Source: Candidatus Thorarchaeota archaeon (GTDB lineage: Archaea; Asgardarchaeota; Thorarchaeia; Thorarchaeales; Thorarchaeaceae). From it: a stretch of 28,583 nt of DNA. Numbering within the stretch: position 1 is the first letter of the stretch; every line of letters begins with the position of its first letter. Positions 1-9,437 of the stretch are shown in pieces. A program made the translations under genes and the position numbers. The DNA lies in contig JBHLQM010000047.1 of the NCBI GenBank assembly GCA_048884785.1, positions 1-28,583 on the forward strand, in the 5' to 3' direction. The notes under the pieces were generated by a model. That model was not told the DNA's origin and searched no databases. It saw only the letters and a program-made list of their open reading frames with translations.

Positions 1-21
1 GTTACTTATTACGAAAGTATT

Positions 22-64
22 ATAAATGAACGTTCATTCATTATTATAACTGAATAAGCATTCA
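22..64. promoter_or_regulatory. Palindromic operator overlapping a TATA box upstream of the MBL hydrolase operon
   Basis: Perfect 14-bp palindrome AATGAACGTTCATT (25-38) within TAAATGA-ACGT-TCATTCA. Second related site TGAAT-AAGC-ATTCA (51-64). Each site abuts a TATTATAA box (18-25, 42-49). Confidence 0.6.
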
Positions 65-78
65 CTAATGTTATAAAG

Positions 79-804
79 GTGTTAAGGATGGTACAAAACA
101 TCGAGATACGTACAATGGCGAATGAGTCTGATAGACCATATTCTATCACAAGAATCGAACAGAACCAGACTAACTGCTATTTAATAGAAGTAGATAATGG
201 ATTCATCTTGATAGATACAGGTTACACCAAATACCGACAAGAGATAGAGGATGCAATAGCATCATTAGGGTGTACACCCGGAAATCTCAAACTCATTGTG
301 CTAACCCATGGGGACTTTGACCATACTGGTAATTCTGAGTATTTTCGCAGGAAATTCAACTGCAAGATTGCAATGCATTCTGTAGATATCGGAATGGTTG
401 AGAAGGGAGATTTCTTTTGGAATCGTGAGAATCGAGCCATTACCAAGATTCTTGGAAGATTGATGATCTCAATTCTACGCATGAAGCTCAAGAAAGAAGA
501 CCGTTTCACTCCGGACATTCTTCTTGACGACAAGCAAGACCTTTCAGAGTTTGGACTTGATGCCTCGATAATTCACACTCCCGGACACTCGAAGGGATCT
601 ATTGGCATTCTTACAAAAGAAGGGGATTTCTTCTGTGGGGACCTCTTTGTGAACACCACGACTCCAAGAAAGAACACCATGCTCTCAAACTCTATAGATT
701 ACGAGGAAAGCATCAAGAAGATAGGGACTCTCCAAATCCAGAGAATCTATCCAGGACATGGACTTCCCTTTGATGTGACTGATATACTATCTGAGGTTTC
801 ATAG
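79..804 (+). CDS. MBL-fold metallo-hydrolase (true start may be ATG 88 or 115)
   Basis: LIDTG, THGDFDH (variant of HxHxDH), HTPGHS, CGDLF and YPGHG motifs. Confidence 0.9.
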   Translation: MLRMVQNIEIRTMANESDRPYSITRIEQNQTNCYLIEVDNGFILIDTGYTKYRQEIEDAIASLGCTPGNLKLIVLTHGDFDHTGNSEYFRRKFNCKIAMHSVDIGMVEKGDFFWNRENRAITKILGRLMISILRMKLKKEDRFTPDILLDDKQDLSEFGLDASIIHTPGHSKGSIGILTKEGDFFCGDLFVNTTTPRKNTMLSNSIDYEESIKKIGTLQIQRIYPGHGLPFDVTDILSEVS

Positions 805-1395
805 ATGACACTTATTCTTCAGAAAGAAGCTTCCCAAGTCCTGAGTGATGAACGGAGCAAGCTAAGAAGACCCATGTACCTGAGCCTGCTTTTGATTTTT
901 CTTGTTATGCCACTAGTTCTATCTGTATTGCAGGCATCTGAATATGGTGGTACCATAGATGACACCCAACTTGGTTTTAGCGCTGAGATAATCAAGGGAC
1001 ACTTCTCATTGATGGATACTCAAGGCATGATGCTCTTTGCTCTTGGGAATCTATTTGACTGTCTGTTCATACTATCCTATGGAACCTTCTTCTATAATAG
1101 TACAAGATACCTATCTTGGAACTATCGGCACGGGAGCATAGCAAAACGAATAGCGGTTGCCTTCACATGGATTGGGGTTACAAGTGCAACTTGCGATGCT
1201 ATTGAGAATGCCTTTCTATTCCTGATGCTTTCCAATCCGTTGGGATTTCCAAGCTGGCTTGCAATAGCCCATTCACTGTTTGCCACATTGAAGTTCCTGA
1301 TGATGTATGCTACTATTGGATGGCTAATACTATCAGTGGTATTGAACAAGACCTTCTTCCGGAATCAAGTTGAAAATGAAGGTAGAATTACTTGA
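805..1395 (+). CDS. Integral membrane protein (~4 TM), unknown function
   Basis: Four hydrophobic stretches and a DxxEN motif (CDAIEN); starts immediately after the MBL stop. Confidence 0.75.
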   Translation: MTLILQKEASQVLSDERSKLRRPMYLSLLLIFLVMPLVLSVLQASEYGGTIDDTQLGFSAEIIKGHFSLMDTQGMMLFALGNLFDCLFILSYGTFFYNSTRYLSWNYRHGSIAKRIAVAFTWIGVTSATCDAIENAFLFLMLSNPLGFPSWLAIAHSLFATLKFLMMYATIGWLILSVVLNKTFFRNQVENEGRIT

Positions 1396-1990
1396 CGGGC
1401 TGTCTAATCACAGTCCTGAGTCTCTCTGGTGCAGTCCTTCTTGGATCACTAAGGTATATTTCATGATGTTTCCCTCTGAGCTTTAATCCCTGATTCTCTG
1501 CAAATTCGTGGAGCATATTGATGGTCGGACCCTCGTCTGCATATGGTCCAAGATACATTATCTGAATTGATTTCCCCTCGTGGAATGGCCGGAATCTCAC
1601 CTTACGAAGAAATGGGCTGTCTCTCTTTTCAATAGCCTGTTTCTTTGCATCATCAATCGCCTGTTTGGACACCTGTTCTGGCTGCATTATCATTGAAGTC
1701 CAACTCCAATCATTTTTTCTAGTAAGATCAAATTTCTCACCTTCTAGCCACCACAATCCCTCAAGGGGCATTACTGTAAAATCTGCAATACCATCCTTCT
1801 TCATGGCAAACTTAACCGTGAAGGCTACTGAATATAGGGCCATCAACGCCTCTTGATAGTCCTGTGATGTATTTGGGTCCCCCTTGCCATCCAGCATGAT
1901 GAAGTTGAACTCAGGAACATCAACAATAGTTGGTTTTTTAGGAGGATTATAGAACTCTCGGTATATCTTCTTATGATCAACCTTTTCCAA
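1388..1990 (-). CDS. GyrI-like small-molecule-binding domain protein
   Basis: DGKGDPN, VMPLEGLWW, W-x-W-x-x-MIMQP, GPYADE and HHEIYLSDPRRTAPE motifs; TTG start with AGGAG upstream. Confidence 0.9.
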   Translation of the reverse strand: MEKVDHKKIYREFYNPPKKPTIVDVPEFNFIMLDGKGDPNTSQDYQEALMALYSVAFTVKFAMKKDGIADFTVMPLEGLWWLEGEKFDLTRKNDWSWTSMIMQPEQVSKQAIDDAKKQAIEKRDSPFLRKVRFRPFHEGKSIQIMYLGPYADEGPTINMLHEFAENQGLKLRGKHHEIYLSDPRRTAPERLRTVIRQPVK

Positions 1991-2016
1991 AGCGACCTAC
2001 TCCTACAATCTATTAC

Positions 2017-2039
2017 ATCACAACTCTCGCAGTTGTGAT
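2017..2039. promoter_or_regulatory. Inverted-repeat operator upstream of the GyrI-like gene
   Basis: Perfect ATCACAACT-N5-AGTTGTGAT abutting a minus-strand AAAGCTTATC promoter-like element. Confidence 0.55.
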
Positions 2040-2189
2040 AAGCTTTACCAGTAGTGAGAGTTTGTGATTCTCTTCTCTCGACAATTATTCTTACATTCTC
2101 CTCAATCGGCCAGTTCCCAAATAGCTTATTTTGCATCAAGTTTACCTACGCATATATCAACTACTATGACAAAAACGAGGTAGACGCAT

Positions 2190-2657
2190 GTGACGTATTC
2201 TGAAAAGGAGTTGAAGAACTATCTAAAGGGTCTAGTGAAACAGCAGTCGGGTCTAGCTAACTTCTCGTTTGAGTATAATGCCGGACACACGGCATTTCAT
2301 TCACGATTAAGAATTATCTTGTCTTCGGACCAGATTATCCACTGGAAGATACCAAAAGGAACCCCTGTAGACTCTTCCGAGGAGGGCAAAGCAGCAAAAA
2401 TCCGAAAGACTGATTTCTCTACTGAGAAGTTGTCAGCATTTGCACAGGACCTTATGAAATTAAAAATATGGGACCTGGAGAATTGTGCAGAAAAAGCTCT
2501 ACCTGATGCGGCATTATTATCATTCTCGATTAAGGATAAGGAAGCAATTGTTTTCGAGCGAAAGGTCTGGGAACGCTGCAGAAACGACAACAAGCAGACA
2601 AAAGAATTACTAAAGACTCTAGCCAGAACTCTCCCTCCTGACTGGACCCCTCCATGA
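2190..2657 (+). CDS. Hypothetical protein
   Basis: 155-aa ORF, GAGGT SD before the GTG start, natural composition. Confidence 0.7.
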   Translation: MTYSEKELKNYLKGLVKQQSGLANFSFEYNAGHTAFHSRLRIILSSDQIIHWKIPKGTPVDSSEEGKAAKIRKTDFSTEKLSAFAQDLMKLKIWDLENCAEKALPDAALLSFSIKDKEAIVFERKVWERCRNDNKQTKELLKTLARTLPPDWTPP

Positions 2658-2800
2658 GAAATCATTCCTGAATCATTCTGCTTGCTCATTTTATTATTCA
2701 TTTGACTATTCCGTTCTGGCGCTATTAAGAACGATTATAATCAAATCCGAAAGGCAAGCGAGATTAGCAGGTATTGCGCCTTCAGTTGGAGTAGCCAAAA

Positions 2801-3760
2801 ATGAAATTGATGACACAAAAGATGCACGAGATTGATGTCGATGCTCATGCCAAACTAATCTATGACGCTCGTCAAAACTCTCCACTACGCAATAGTGAAC
2901 GCACAATAGATGGTATCAAAGAATCACTGGGTCAGTTGATTGAGCAGGGCGAATCCCATGCCATGATAGTGGCTCAAGATGAGGATAGTAACGCCCTCCT
3001 GGGCCAGCTTCTAATGTGGCTTGAGTGGGGAGAAATGGCAATCTCCCATCCGTGGCAGCCTATTATTCACCCAGAGGCAAATCAAGAAGAAGTCGCAGTG
3101 GCCTTAATTGAACACTCCAAGACCTTGATAAAAACCAAAAACAAGACAAGGGTGGAAACATGGCTAGAGATAAAGACTGACAACGAAGAGGCGATGAGTT
3201 CAATCTTTATACCATGGTACAAAAAATCAGGATTTATTCTGAAAGCCGAGGAGTACTACATGAATACGCCATATTCCAGATTAAATGAATTGGATTACTC
3301 AATACCGGCAGGCGTAGATGTTGTGTCAATGGATGAAGTCACAAATGAGGAGATTATGGGTAGTGTTCTAGAAACATTTCGTCAAGGCTCGGATAAGTGG
3401 TTCATATCCATGACAGAGTCTCAGCAAGAAGGCTCCGCAAGGGCATGGTTCAAAAGAGATGAAACATTTGACACCGATTCTTCAATAGTCTTTATTGAAA
3501 ACGGAAAGATCATTGGCTATAATGTCATGAGAATAGAAGAAGGCTTAGTAGAAGTTGGACCTATAGGCGTCTTGCCCGCTCATAGAGGGAGAGGTCTAGG
3601 ACGGGCTCTCCTTCTGGAATCGACCAGACGACTGAATTCAAAAAATCCTGAAACTGTATGGTTGACTGTAAGCACAGAAAACACATCAGCTTGCAATCTC
3701 TACTCAAGTCTAGGATTCGACAATAAGTATCGAATTCTCATCTACACATGGATGCCTTGA
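2801..3760 (+). CDS. Tandem-domain GNAT N-acetyltransferase
   Basis: C-terminal GNAT motif A GPIGVLPAHRGRGLGRALL and motif B N..A..LYSSLGF; degenerate N-terminal GNAT domain. Confidence 0.9.
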   Translation: MKLMTQKMHEIDVDAHAKLIYDARQNSPLRNSERTIDGIKESLGQLIEQGESHAMIVAQDEDSNALLGQLLMWLEWGEMAISHPWQPIIHPEANQEEVAVALIEHSKTLIKTKNKTRVETWLEIKTDNEEAMSSIFIPWYKKSGFILKAEEYYMNTPYSRLNELDYSIPAGVDVVSMDEVTNEEIMGSVLETFRQGSDKWFISMTESQQEGSARAWFKRDETFDTDSSIVFIENGKIIGYNVMRIEEGLVEVGPIGVLPAHRGRGLGRALLLESTRRLNSKNPETVWLTVSTENTSACNLYSSLGFDNKYRILIYTWMP

Positions 3761-3770
3761 TATTCAAAAC

Positions 3771-4724
3771 CTATGGTGCCCAGTAATAGAACTGCTTGTA
3801 GTAGACATCTTCAAAGCCGAATTTGCTGTAGAGCCTCTTAGCTGGAAGATTGGATACAGACATATCCAAGAATGCAGCTATCAACCCAATATTTCGTAGA
3901 TTCTTCAATGAAGAACCCAGCAAGTAACTACCAAGTCCTTGCCCTTGTACTTCCGGAACAAGACCTACTGGTCCAATTTCTGCCTCATCATCACTTCTAC
4001 GTGCAATGACAAAACCAACAACCCTTCCTTTTTTTACCAAAACAAGTGATGAATCATCGAGATAGGGCTTGGTCTTGTCGAAGAAAAACTTCAGGGTCAC
4101 TATCTGTTCATTACGATTCATGGAACGAAAAAGGAGATCTCCTCCATTCTGAAAGGTCTGAAGTCCAGCAAGTTCCAGCTGTTCATAGGAAAGATCGGAG
4201 AATTTCCGAACCATGTAGCTATCAGGTAGGTCTGAATCCGGTATATCAATTACTTTGAGATTAGTCTTCATATGTGCCTCCTCAGATGCAAACTGGAACC
4301 CGCATTTTTTGTACCAATCAACATACTTTCCTTGCATGGTTCTGTATGCATCTGTCATGAGATCAAATTGAATCTCCAATCTGCTATACCCACGTTCTAT
4401 GACATCCTTCTTCGATGCTTCAATCAGAGCTGTGGCGATGTCCTCAGACTCTTCTGATTGCTTCACAATCGGCAAGAACCCATTGATGAACGCCATCGGA
4501 GGCATTCCGATATAATAGTAGATCCATCCAATGATTGCTCCATCTTCATTCAGTGCAATCAGAATCTTGTAGCTTTCATTTGAAGACAGTTTTTCAATGC
4601 CAGATGCAATTTCCTCTATACTTTTGTCAGATTCCAATGGCGTGCCACTCCTCACGGAATCTGTTAAGGTTGCAAGCATATGATAGTCATTTGAATCGAG
4701 TTTTTTGGATTCTATTTGGATCAT
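3771..4724 (-). CDS. Tandem-domain GNAT N-acetyltransferase (paralog of 2801..3760)
   Basis: GPVGLVPEVQGQGLGSYLL and NLPAKRLYSKFGF; WYKKCGF aligns with WYKKSGF in the neighbour. Confidence 0.9.
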   Translation of the reverse strand: MIQIESKKLDSNDYHMLATLTDSVRSGTPLESDKSIEEIASGIEKLSSNESYKILIALNEDGAIIGWIYYYIGMPPMAFINGFLPIVKQSEESEDIATALIEASKKDVIERGYSRLEIQFDLMTDAYRTMQGKYVDWYKKCGFQFASEEAHMKTNLKVIDIPDSDLPDSYMVRKFSDLSYEQLELAGLQTFQNGGDLLFRSMNRNEQIVTLKFFFDKTKPYLDDSSLVLVKKGRVVGFVIARRSDDEAEIGPVGLVPEVQGQGLGSYLLGSSLKNLRNIGLIAAFLDMSVSNLPAKRLYSKFGFEDVYYKQFYYWAP

Positions 4725-4768
4725 GAGTTGGATCCCTTCCCTCTTGACATGTTACTGAATCGGTGGTG

Positions 4769-5809
4769 TCATTTCATTCTTTTGAGAATGTGCTTCAGCC
4801 ATCGTCCATATAGTTCAATCTCTCTTCTTGCCTCTTCTTGAATCGTTGGATTCCGCAAGGCACCGCCCTGATTGAAGAGCATAATCTGAGCACAGCGTGC
4901 ACCTATGAAGAGATCAAGGTTATCCAAATTGGATTCAGGCAAAGGACTTGTTTCCATATAGCCTTCAATCAATGCATCTTGCATCTCAGGAATTTCTCCA
5001 TCTGTGTCGACCATATAATGCGCCAAGACAACTCCGAGGTCAAACATCCAGTAGCCAAAGCCGCAATCATCAAAGTCGAATGGCCTGGCTTCTCCTTCAT
5101 GAATTGCAACATTTGCATCAAAGCTAAGATCCGCATGAATTAATCCATAAACGTTCCTTCCTCTTCCCATCTGATCGCTGGCTTCTTGAACTCGCTGCAA
5201 AAGGTCATTGAACGAGTCTTGATGATTTTTGGGAATTGCTTCTCGCGCTTCACTTGCAGAAAAGCCATAATCAAAACCATCTCCAAAGAGGCCTTCCCAG
5301 TCCCAATGGGGACGCTTGAATTTCGGTGGCTTTTTCCAATTCCTTGATTGTCCATGCATTCTCCCAACTATTCTGCCCAACGAATTGAAATGCCTCGAGC
5401 GAAGACCCTTGTTAAGTAATCTGCCCTCTGTCCAACCTATGAGTGTGCAGTTTCTCTTTGTAGGGACTTCGTATCCCCCGTCCACGGTGGCAATCCAGTT
5501 TCCATCCAAAGTCCTGAATGGCTGAGGAACCCCTATGCGCTCGTGATTCAACGCAGCCAGCCATTCCAATTCTGATGAGATGTACTCAGGCGTCATATAG
5601 TTGGGTTGATGGAGTCTTAGAGCATACCGACCAGGAGCAAAATTGCTCCTCTGTTTGTCTGAAACTTGGACTTGATATAGTCCATTCCCACTAAAATTGA
5701 TGAACCTTAATCTTGCCCCTTCGAGACCGTATGCTTCAAGAGCTTTTTCTGCTAGTTTTCTTAGTCTTAGCAGGAACGCATGATAACTTATCTCACTGGC
5801 TGATGACAT
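4769..5809 (-). CDS. APH / type II homoserine kinase-like phosphotransferase
   Basis: YALRLH, ELEWLAAL, GLIHADL..N catalytic loop and DFDDCGFG metal-binding motif. Confidence 0.88.
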   Translation of the reverse strand: MSSASEISYHAFLLRLRKLAEKALEAYGLEGARLRFINFSGNGLYQVQVSDKQRSNFAPGRYALRLHQPNYMTPEYISSELEWLAALNHERIGVPQPFRTLDGNWIATVDGGYEVPTKRNCTLIGWTEGRLLNKGLRSRHFNSLGRIVGRMHGQSRNWKKPPKFKRPHWDWEGLFGDGFDYGFSASEAREAIPKNHQDSFNDLLQRVQEASDQMGRGRNVYGLIHADLSFDANVAIHEGEARPFDFDDCGFGYWMFDLGVVLAHYMVDTDGEIPEMQDALIEGYMETSPLPESNLDNLDLFIGARCAQIMLFNQGGALRNPTIQEEARREIELYGRWLKHILKRMK

Positions 5810-6088
5810 AATCTTTCACCCTATCATTCTCAAAGACCCTTTGATATTGGACGAAATCCCAGGTTCTATTGGTATAATCAGTTTAAGAAAAAGGACTCGC
5901 CCGCAATTAGAGATTCAATTTTTATGATTTCAGTATCTCATGTTATGGGCCTCGACATCAGTCCTATCTTTTTCACATATAATTGAACACATCAACGCCA
6001 AAAAACAGGGGAAGGAACTCTCATGTAGATTCTTATGTGGCGGTAATGATTTATGAATGACAGAATACTGAGTTGGATGGGTTGACGC

Positions 6089-6394
6089 ATGGATGAAGCA
6101 AATTTGAGTGTAAAGCTAGTAGAACTGCGCGGAAGGACATCCATTTTCATTGATGCGGAAATCGACAAGGATGGTGACCTTGTCATGTCCGGTCAAGATC
6201 TTGGTGAAGCTCCCATGAAGTTCTGGGGGGATTCTGACTACGAGTATTGGGTTCATGTGCCAAGCAACCAAAAAGACCGAGTCATACTGGCGCTCCTGGA
6301 GAAACTATACAAGGACGATGTCAAGGCCTTTTCGAAGTTCAGGGATCTACTTGGTGAGAAAGGCATACCAAGCGAATATGGCAGCTATATCTGA
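6089..6394 (+). CDS. Hypothetical protein
   Basis: 101-aa ORF with conserved-looking GDLVMSGQDLG and FWGDSDYEYW segments. Confidence 0.75.
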   Translation: MDEANLSVKLVELRGRTSIFIDAEIDKDGDLVMSGQDLGEAPMKFWGDSDYEYWVHVPSNQKDRVILALLEKLYKDDVKAFSKFRDLLGEKGIPSEYGSYI

Positions 6395-6502
6395 TTGCGC
6401 TCTCTGAGGTTTCAACGCCCTAGGGAGGACGCCAATGGATAGGTTTTTCATTCTTAGCAATTTGATTGATTTGGGACAAATTCCCTTCCAGGATGATACA
6501 CG

Positions 6503-7615
6503 ATGACTGCGACATGTAGAGCAGCTGTGGTTCCTAAGCCAAATGCACCACTTGAGATTAGAGAGTTTGATATACCGGAATTAGTCCCTGGTTCAGCCCT
6601 AATGAGAGTGGCAAACGCAGGTGTGTGCGGGACAGACGTACATTTATGGCATGGAAAACTGGCAGGTGTGCCATATCCACTAATTCTGGGTCATGAAGTC
6701 GTCGGTACAATTGAAAAGACAGGGTCTGGTGGCCTTAGAGATTTGAATGGGAATGAAATCCATGAAGGCGATAGGGTTGCTTTCCATGATGTAGTGGATA
6801 CATGTTTCTCATGCTGGTATTGTTTAGTAGCTAAAGCTCCAACAAAATGCAAGAATCGAGGAGTCTATGGGATTACTCTAGATTCTTCCAAATGGCCATT
6901 TCTTATTGGTGGGTTTAGCGAGTATATGTATTTCAAGCCACGAACACAGATTATCAAAATCCCAGACCATGTAACCTTCGATGATGCAATATTTGCAGGG
7001 TGCGCTCTGCCAACGGCAATCCACGCCGTGACTAGAAGCCCATTAAAATGGAACACTAATGTAGTTGTTCAAGGTGCTGGACCTGTTGGAATCATGCTAG
7101 CAATCCTTGCTTCAATTAATGGCGCGAAGACAATAACTACCATCGATCAAGCTCCTAGTCGATTGAAGTTTGCCCGAAAATTTGGAGCGACTCATACTCT
7201 TGACATTCGCGAGACCTCCCTAGAAGAGAGGAAGAGCTTTGTCACTGAAATCTCGGAAGGGCATGGGCCCGATATCGTCTATGAAGCGACAGGAAATGCA
7301 CGGGCAATCCCAGAGGGTATTGAGCTGGTGCGAGAAGGTGGAACATATACTATCTGCGGACAATATACCGATAGCGGAACCACAGAAGTTAATCCGCACT
7401 ACATGAATCGAAAACATCTGGACATCAGAACAGTATGGGGAACACAGACAACCAATGTGTATCAAGCAGTGATGACAATCGCAGAGAATGTTGATAGGTT
7501 TCCGTTTCATGAGTTGGTGACACATCATTTCTCATTAGAGGATGCACAGAAAGCACTTGAAGTACAGGGGCAGCAAGAATCACTCAAAGCAGTAATTCAT
7601 CCAAATGGAATTTGA
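6503..7615 (+). CDS. Zinc-dependent medium-chain alcohol dehydrogenase
   Basis: CGTD and GHE catalytic Zn motifs, structural C-x2-C-x2-C-x8-C, GCALPT, Rossmann GAGPVG. Confidence 0.93.
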   Translation: MTATCRAAVVPKPNAPLEIREFDIPELVPGSALMRVANAGVCGTDVHLWHGKLAGVPYPLILGHEVVGTIEKTGSGGLRDLNGNEIHEGDRVAFHDVVDTCFSCWYCLVAKAPTKCKNRGVYGITLDSSKWPFLIGGFSEYMYFKPRTQIIKIPDHVTFDDAIFAGCALPTAIHAVTRSPLKWNTNVVVQGAGPVGIMLAILASINGAKTITTIDQAPSRLKFARKFGATHTLDIRETSLEERKSFVTEISEGHGPDIVYEATGNARAIPEGIELVREGGTYTICGQYTDSGTTEVNPHYMNRKHLDIRTVWGTQTTNVYQAVMTIAENVDRFPFHELVTHHFSLEDAQKALEVQGQQESLKAVIHPNGI

Positions 7616-7623
7616 CAGACAAA

Positions 7624-8148
7624 TCAGGATTTCATCTGATACAACCGCTTTAGCATTGATATCTGTCCGATGTGCATGGCCTCATGTTCTATGATATGAA
7701 AGAGTATCCACTCAATGCTAACAGCCGCATGGTCAAGCTCAACCAAGTGGCCTAACTCACTATCTGTAAGAGTTGAGATTCGCTTGAGCACTTCATCCCT
7801 GACTTCTATAAGCCGCGCGAGATAGAACTTCAGTTTTTGCCCCTTAGTCTGAGGAATTTTCTCTCTCAAGGCAAATGCAACTCTCCATTTTTCATAGTCC
7901 ATCTCAAGGCCATCTATGTCCTCGAAAATCCATGACCACTCTACGGCAGCTATGTGAAGCAAAAGGGTTCCAATTGTTTCAATGTTTTCTTCATCGGGTG
8001 TGAAATCCAATTCTGAGAGAGTTAGGTCCTCAACTCGTTTGAGGAGTTTCTCTCTTACTTTTTCCAGCATGCCATACATTTGTGCCACGCGCGGTTCCAA
8101 ATGCTCAGTCTTCTGCAATGATATGATTGTTTTCTCTTCTCCGTCCAT
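7624..8148 (-). CDS. DinB/YfiT-like four-helix-bundle metalloprotein (ORF open to 8187; ATG 8148 preferred)
   Basis: IGTLLLHIAAVE and WILFHIIEHEAMHIGQI His-triad pattern. Confidence 0.88.
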   Translation of the reverse strand: MDGEEKTIISLQKTEHLEPRVAQMYGMLEKVREKLLKRVEDLTLSELDFTPDEENIETIGTLLLHIAAVEWSWIFEDIDGLEMDYEKWRVAFALREKIPQTKGQKLKFYLARLIEVRDEVLKRISTLTDSELGHLVELDHAAVSIEWILFHIIEHEAMHIGQISMLKRLYQMKS

Positions 8149-8175
8149 GCCGTATAACTTGCAGAGCGACAATAT

Positions 8176-8373
8176 TTGTCTAGTCATTCTCTTGAAAGAT
8201 ATAGGGCACCAATGAAATCCGATGGATGGCTTTGGGTAACGAATCGGAAAGGAACCTCAAAAGCAAAGACTGATGTTAGTCGTGATAGCATCTGGGAGTA
8301 TGCCAAGAGTTTCGGACTGAAAGATGTTCACATGATCTCAATTGATGATACATGGTCTGCAATGCGTTTCTGA
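8176..8373 (+). pseudogene. C-terminal remnant of a DUF3052-like protein
   Basis: DGWLWV..KGTSK.KTD.SRD...MISIDDTWSAMRF resembles the C-terminal half of DUF3052-type proteins; the N-terminal half is missing. Confidence 0.55.
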
Positions 8374-8454
8374 ATCTCCGAATGGGATATTCGGGTTTGT
8401 TCCTATTTCTCATAACTTAATACTAGAAGTAAGAATTCCAAGCTGCGATTAAAG

Positions 8455-8715
8455 ATGACTGAGTTCAAAAACCATGCGGAAATTTGGGGTTTTGAAGGAT
8501 GCGGTGCCATGTGGAGTTTCTTCAGCAAACAGGAATCAGCTTTACGGCACGCAGGTGAGAATGAAGTATATTCTTTTAGAATTCATGAGGCCTTTGATCT
8601 TGATAACAGACGTCGTCTTGAGCTCGGTTATTCAAGGATATCTCTTGAACAATTCTACGAATGCATCGACCTCGGAGAAAGCTGCTCCTTAGCCGAGGAT
8701 GAATGCATCGAGTAA
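8455..8715 (+). CDS. Small acidic hypothetical protein
   Basis: 86-aa ORF with an ATG start, TTAATA box ~35 nt upstream, filling an otherwise empty gap. Confidence 0.5.
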   Translation: MTEFKNHAEIWGFEGCGAMWSFFSKQESALRHAGENEVYSFRIHEAFDLDNRRRLELGYSRISLEQFYECIDLGESCSLAEDECIE

Positions 8716-8820
8716 ATGTGGGTGGCATTAAGACATAGTTCGTTTTCATTGGAGGGAATAGGTTATCAGTTGGCAAGCTGGCACGAGAACTATCTACAAC
8801 ACAATTCTGGGGTGAACTAC

Positions 8821-9435
8821 ATGGCGCATAAAACGCTCACAACCGCAATTCTTGTTGGGGGCGATTCGACTCGCTATGGTTCTGAAAAATCAACCACAAT
8901 GTTCCGTGGCAAACCATTAGTTGCTCATATGATATCAATTGCACGGACGATATCTCCCCGCGTCATCTTGGTCACATCGAGCGAGGATCATATGAGCTCC
9001 TTAAGAGAATACGCTCAAGGATTAGAGATTGCCATTGACCCCGAGGGATCTGATAGGTCCGCTCTGAATGGGGCAGTGACAGCTTTTGAGTATTCTGAAA
9101 GCGAGTATACTCTTCTCCTCCCGGTGGACACTCCACTTGCCAACAAGGGGCTTCTAATGGCTCTTGTTCAGCTATGTGAGGGTCATGGTGCAGTTGTTCC
9201 ATCTTGGCCTAATGGATTTGTAGAACCCCTACACGCTGTCTATCTCACTGAGCACGCGTATTCTAGAGGTCTCCATGTAATAGATGAAGGAAAGATGAGG
9301 ATGCAGGATTTACTCGACTCTCTGAGAAATGTCTTGTATGTACAGACCGATGTATTGCGAAGATTTGACCCCAATCTTGATACATTTGCAAACATAAACA
9401 CTATTCAAGACTTGAAGAAACTGGAACGCAGATAA
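8821..9435 (+). CDS. mobA: Molybdenum cofactor guanylyltransferase
   Basis: ILVGG.STRYGSEK, LPVDTP, VEPLHAVY and FANINT motifs; GGGGTGA SD before ATG 8821 (ORF open from 8716). Confidence 0.88.
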   Translation: MAHKTLTTAILVGGDSTRYGSEKSTTMFRGKPLVAHMISIARTISPRVILVTSSEDHMSSLREYAQGLEIAIDPEGSDRSALNGAVTAFEYSESEYTLLLPVDTPLANKGLLMALVQLCEGHGAVVPSWPNGFVEPLHAVYLTEHAYSRGLHVIDEGKMRMQDLLDSLRNVLYVQTDVLRRFDPNLDTFANINTIQDLKKLERR

Positions 9436-9437
9436 AA

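Noticed and set aside
8716-8820. 35-aa N-terminal extension of MobA
   Set aside because: Not MobA-like, and a strong GGGGTGA SD precedes ATG 8821; coupling to the upstream TAAATG cannot be fully excluded
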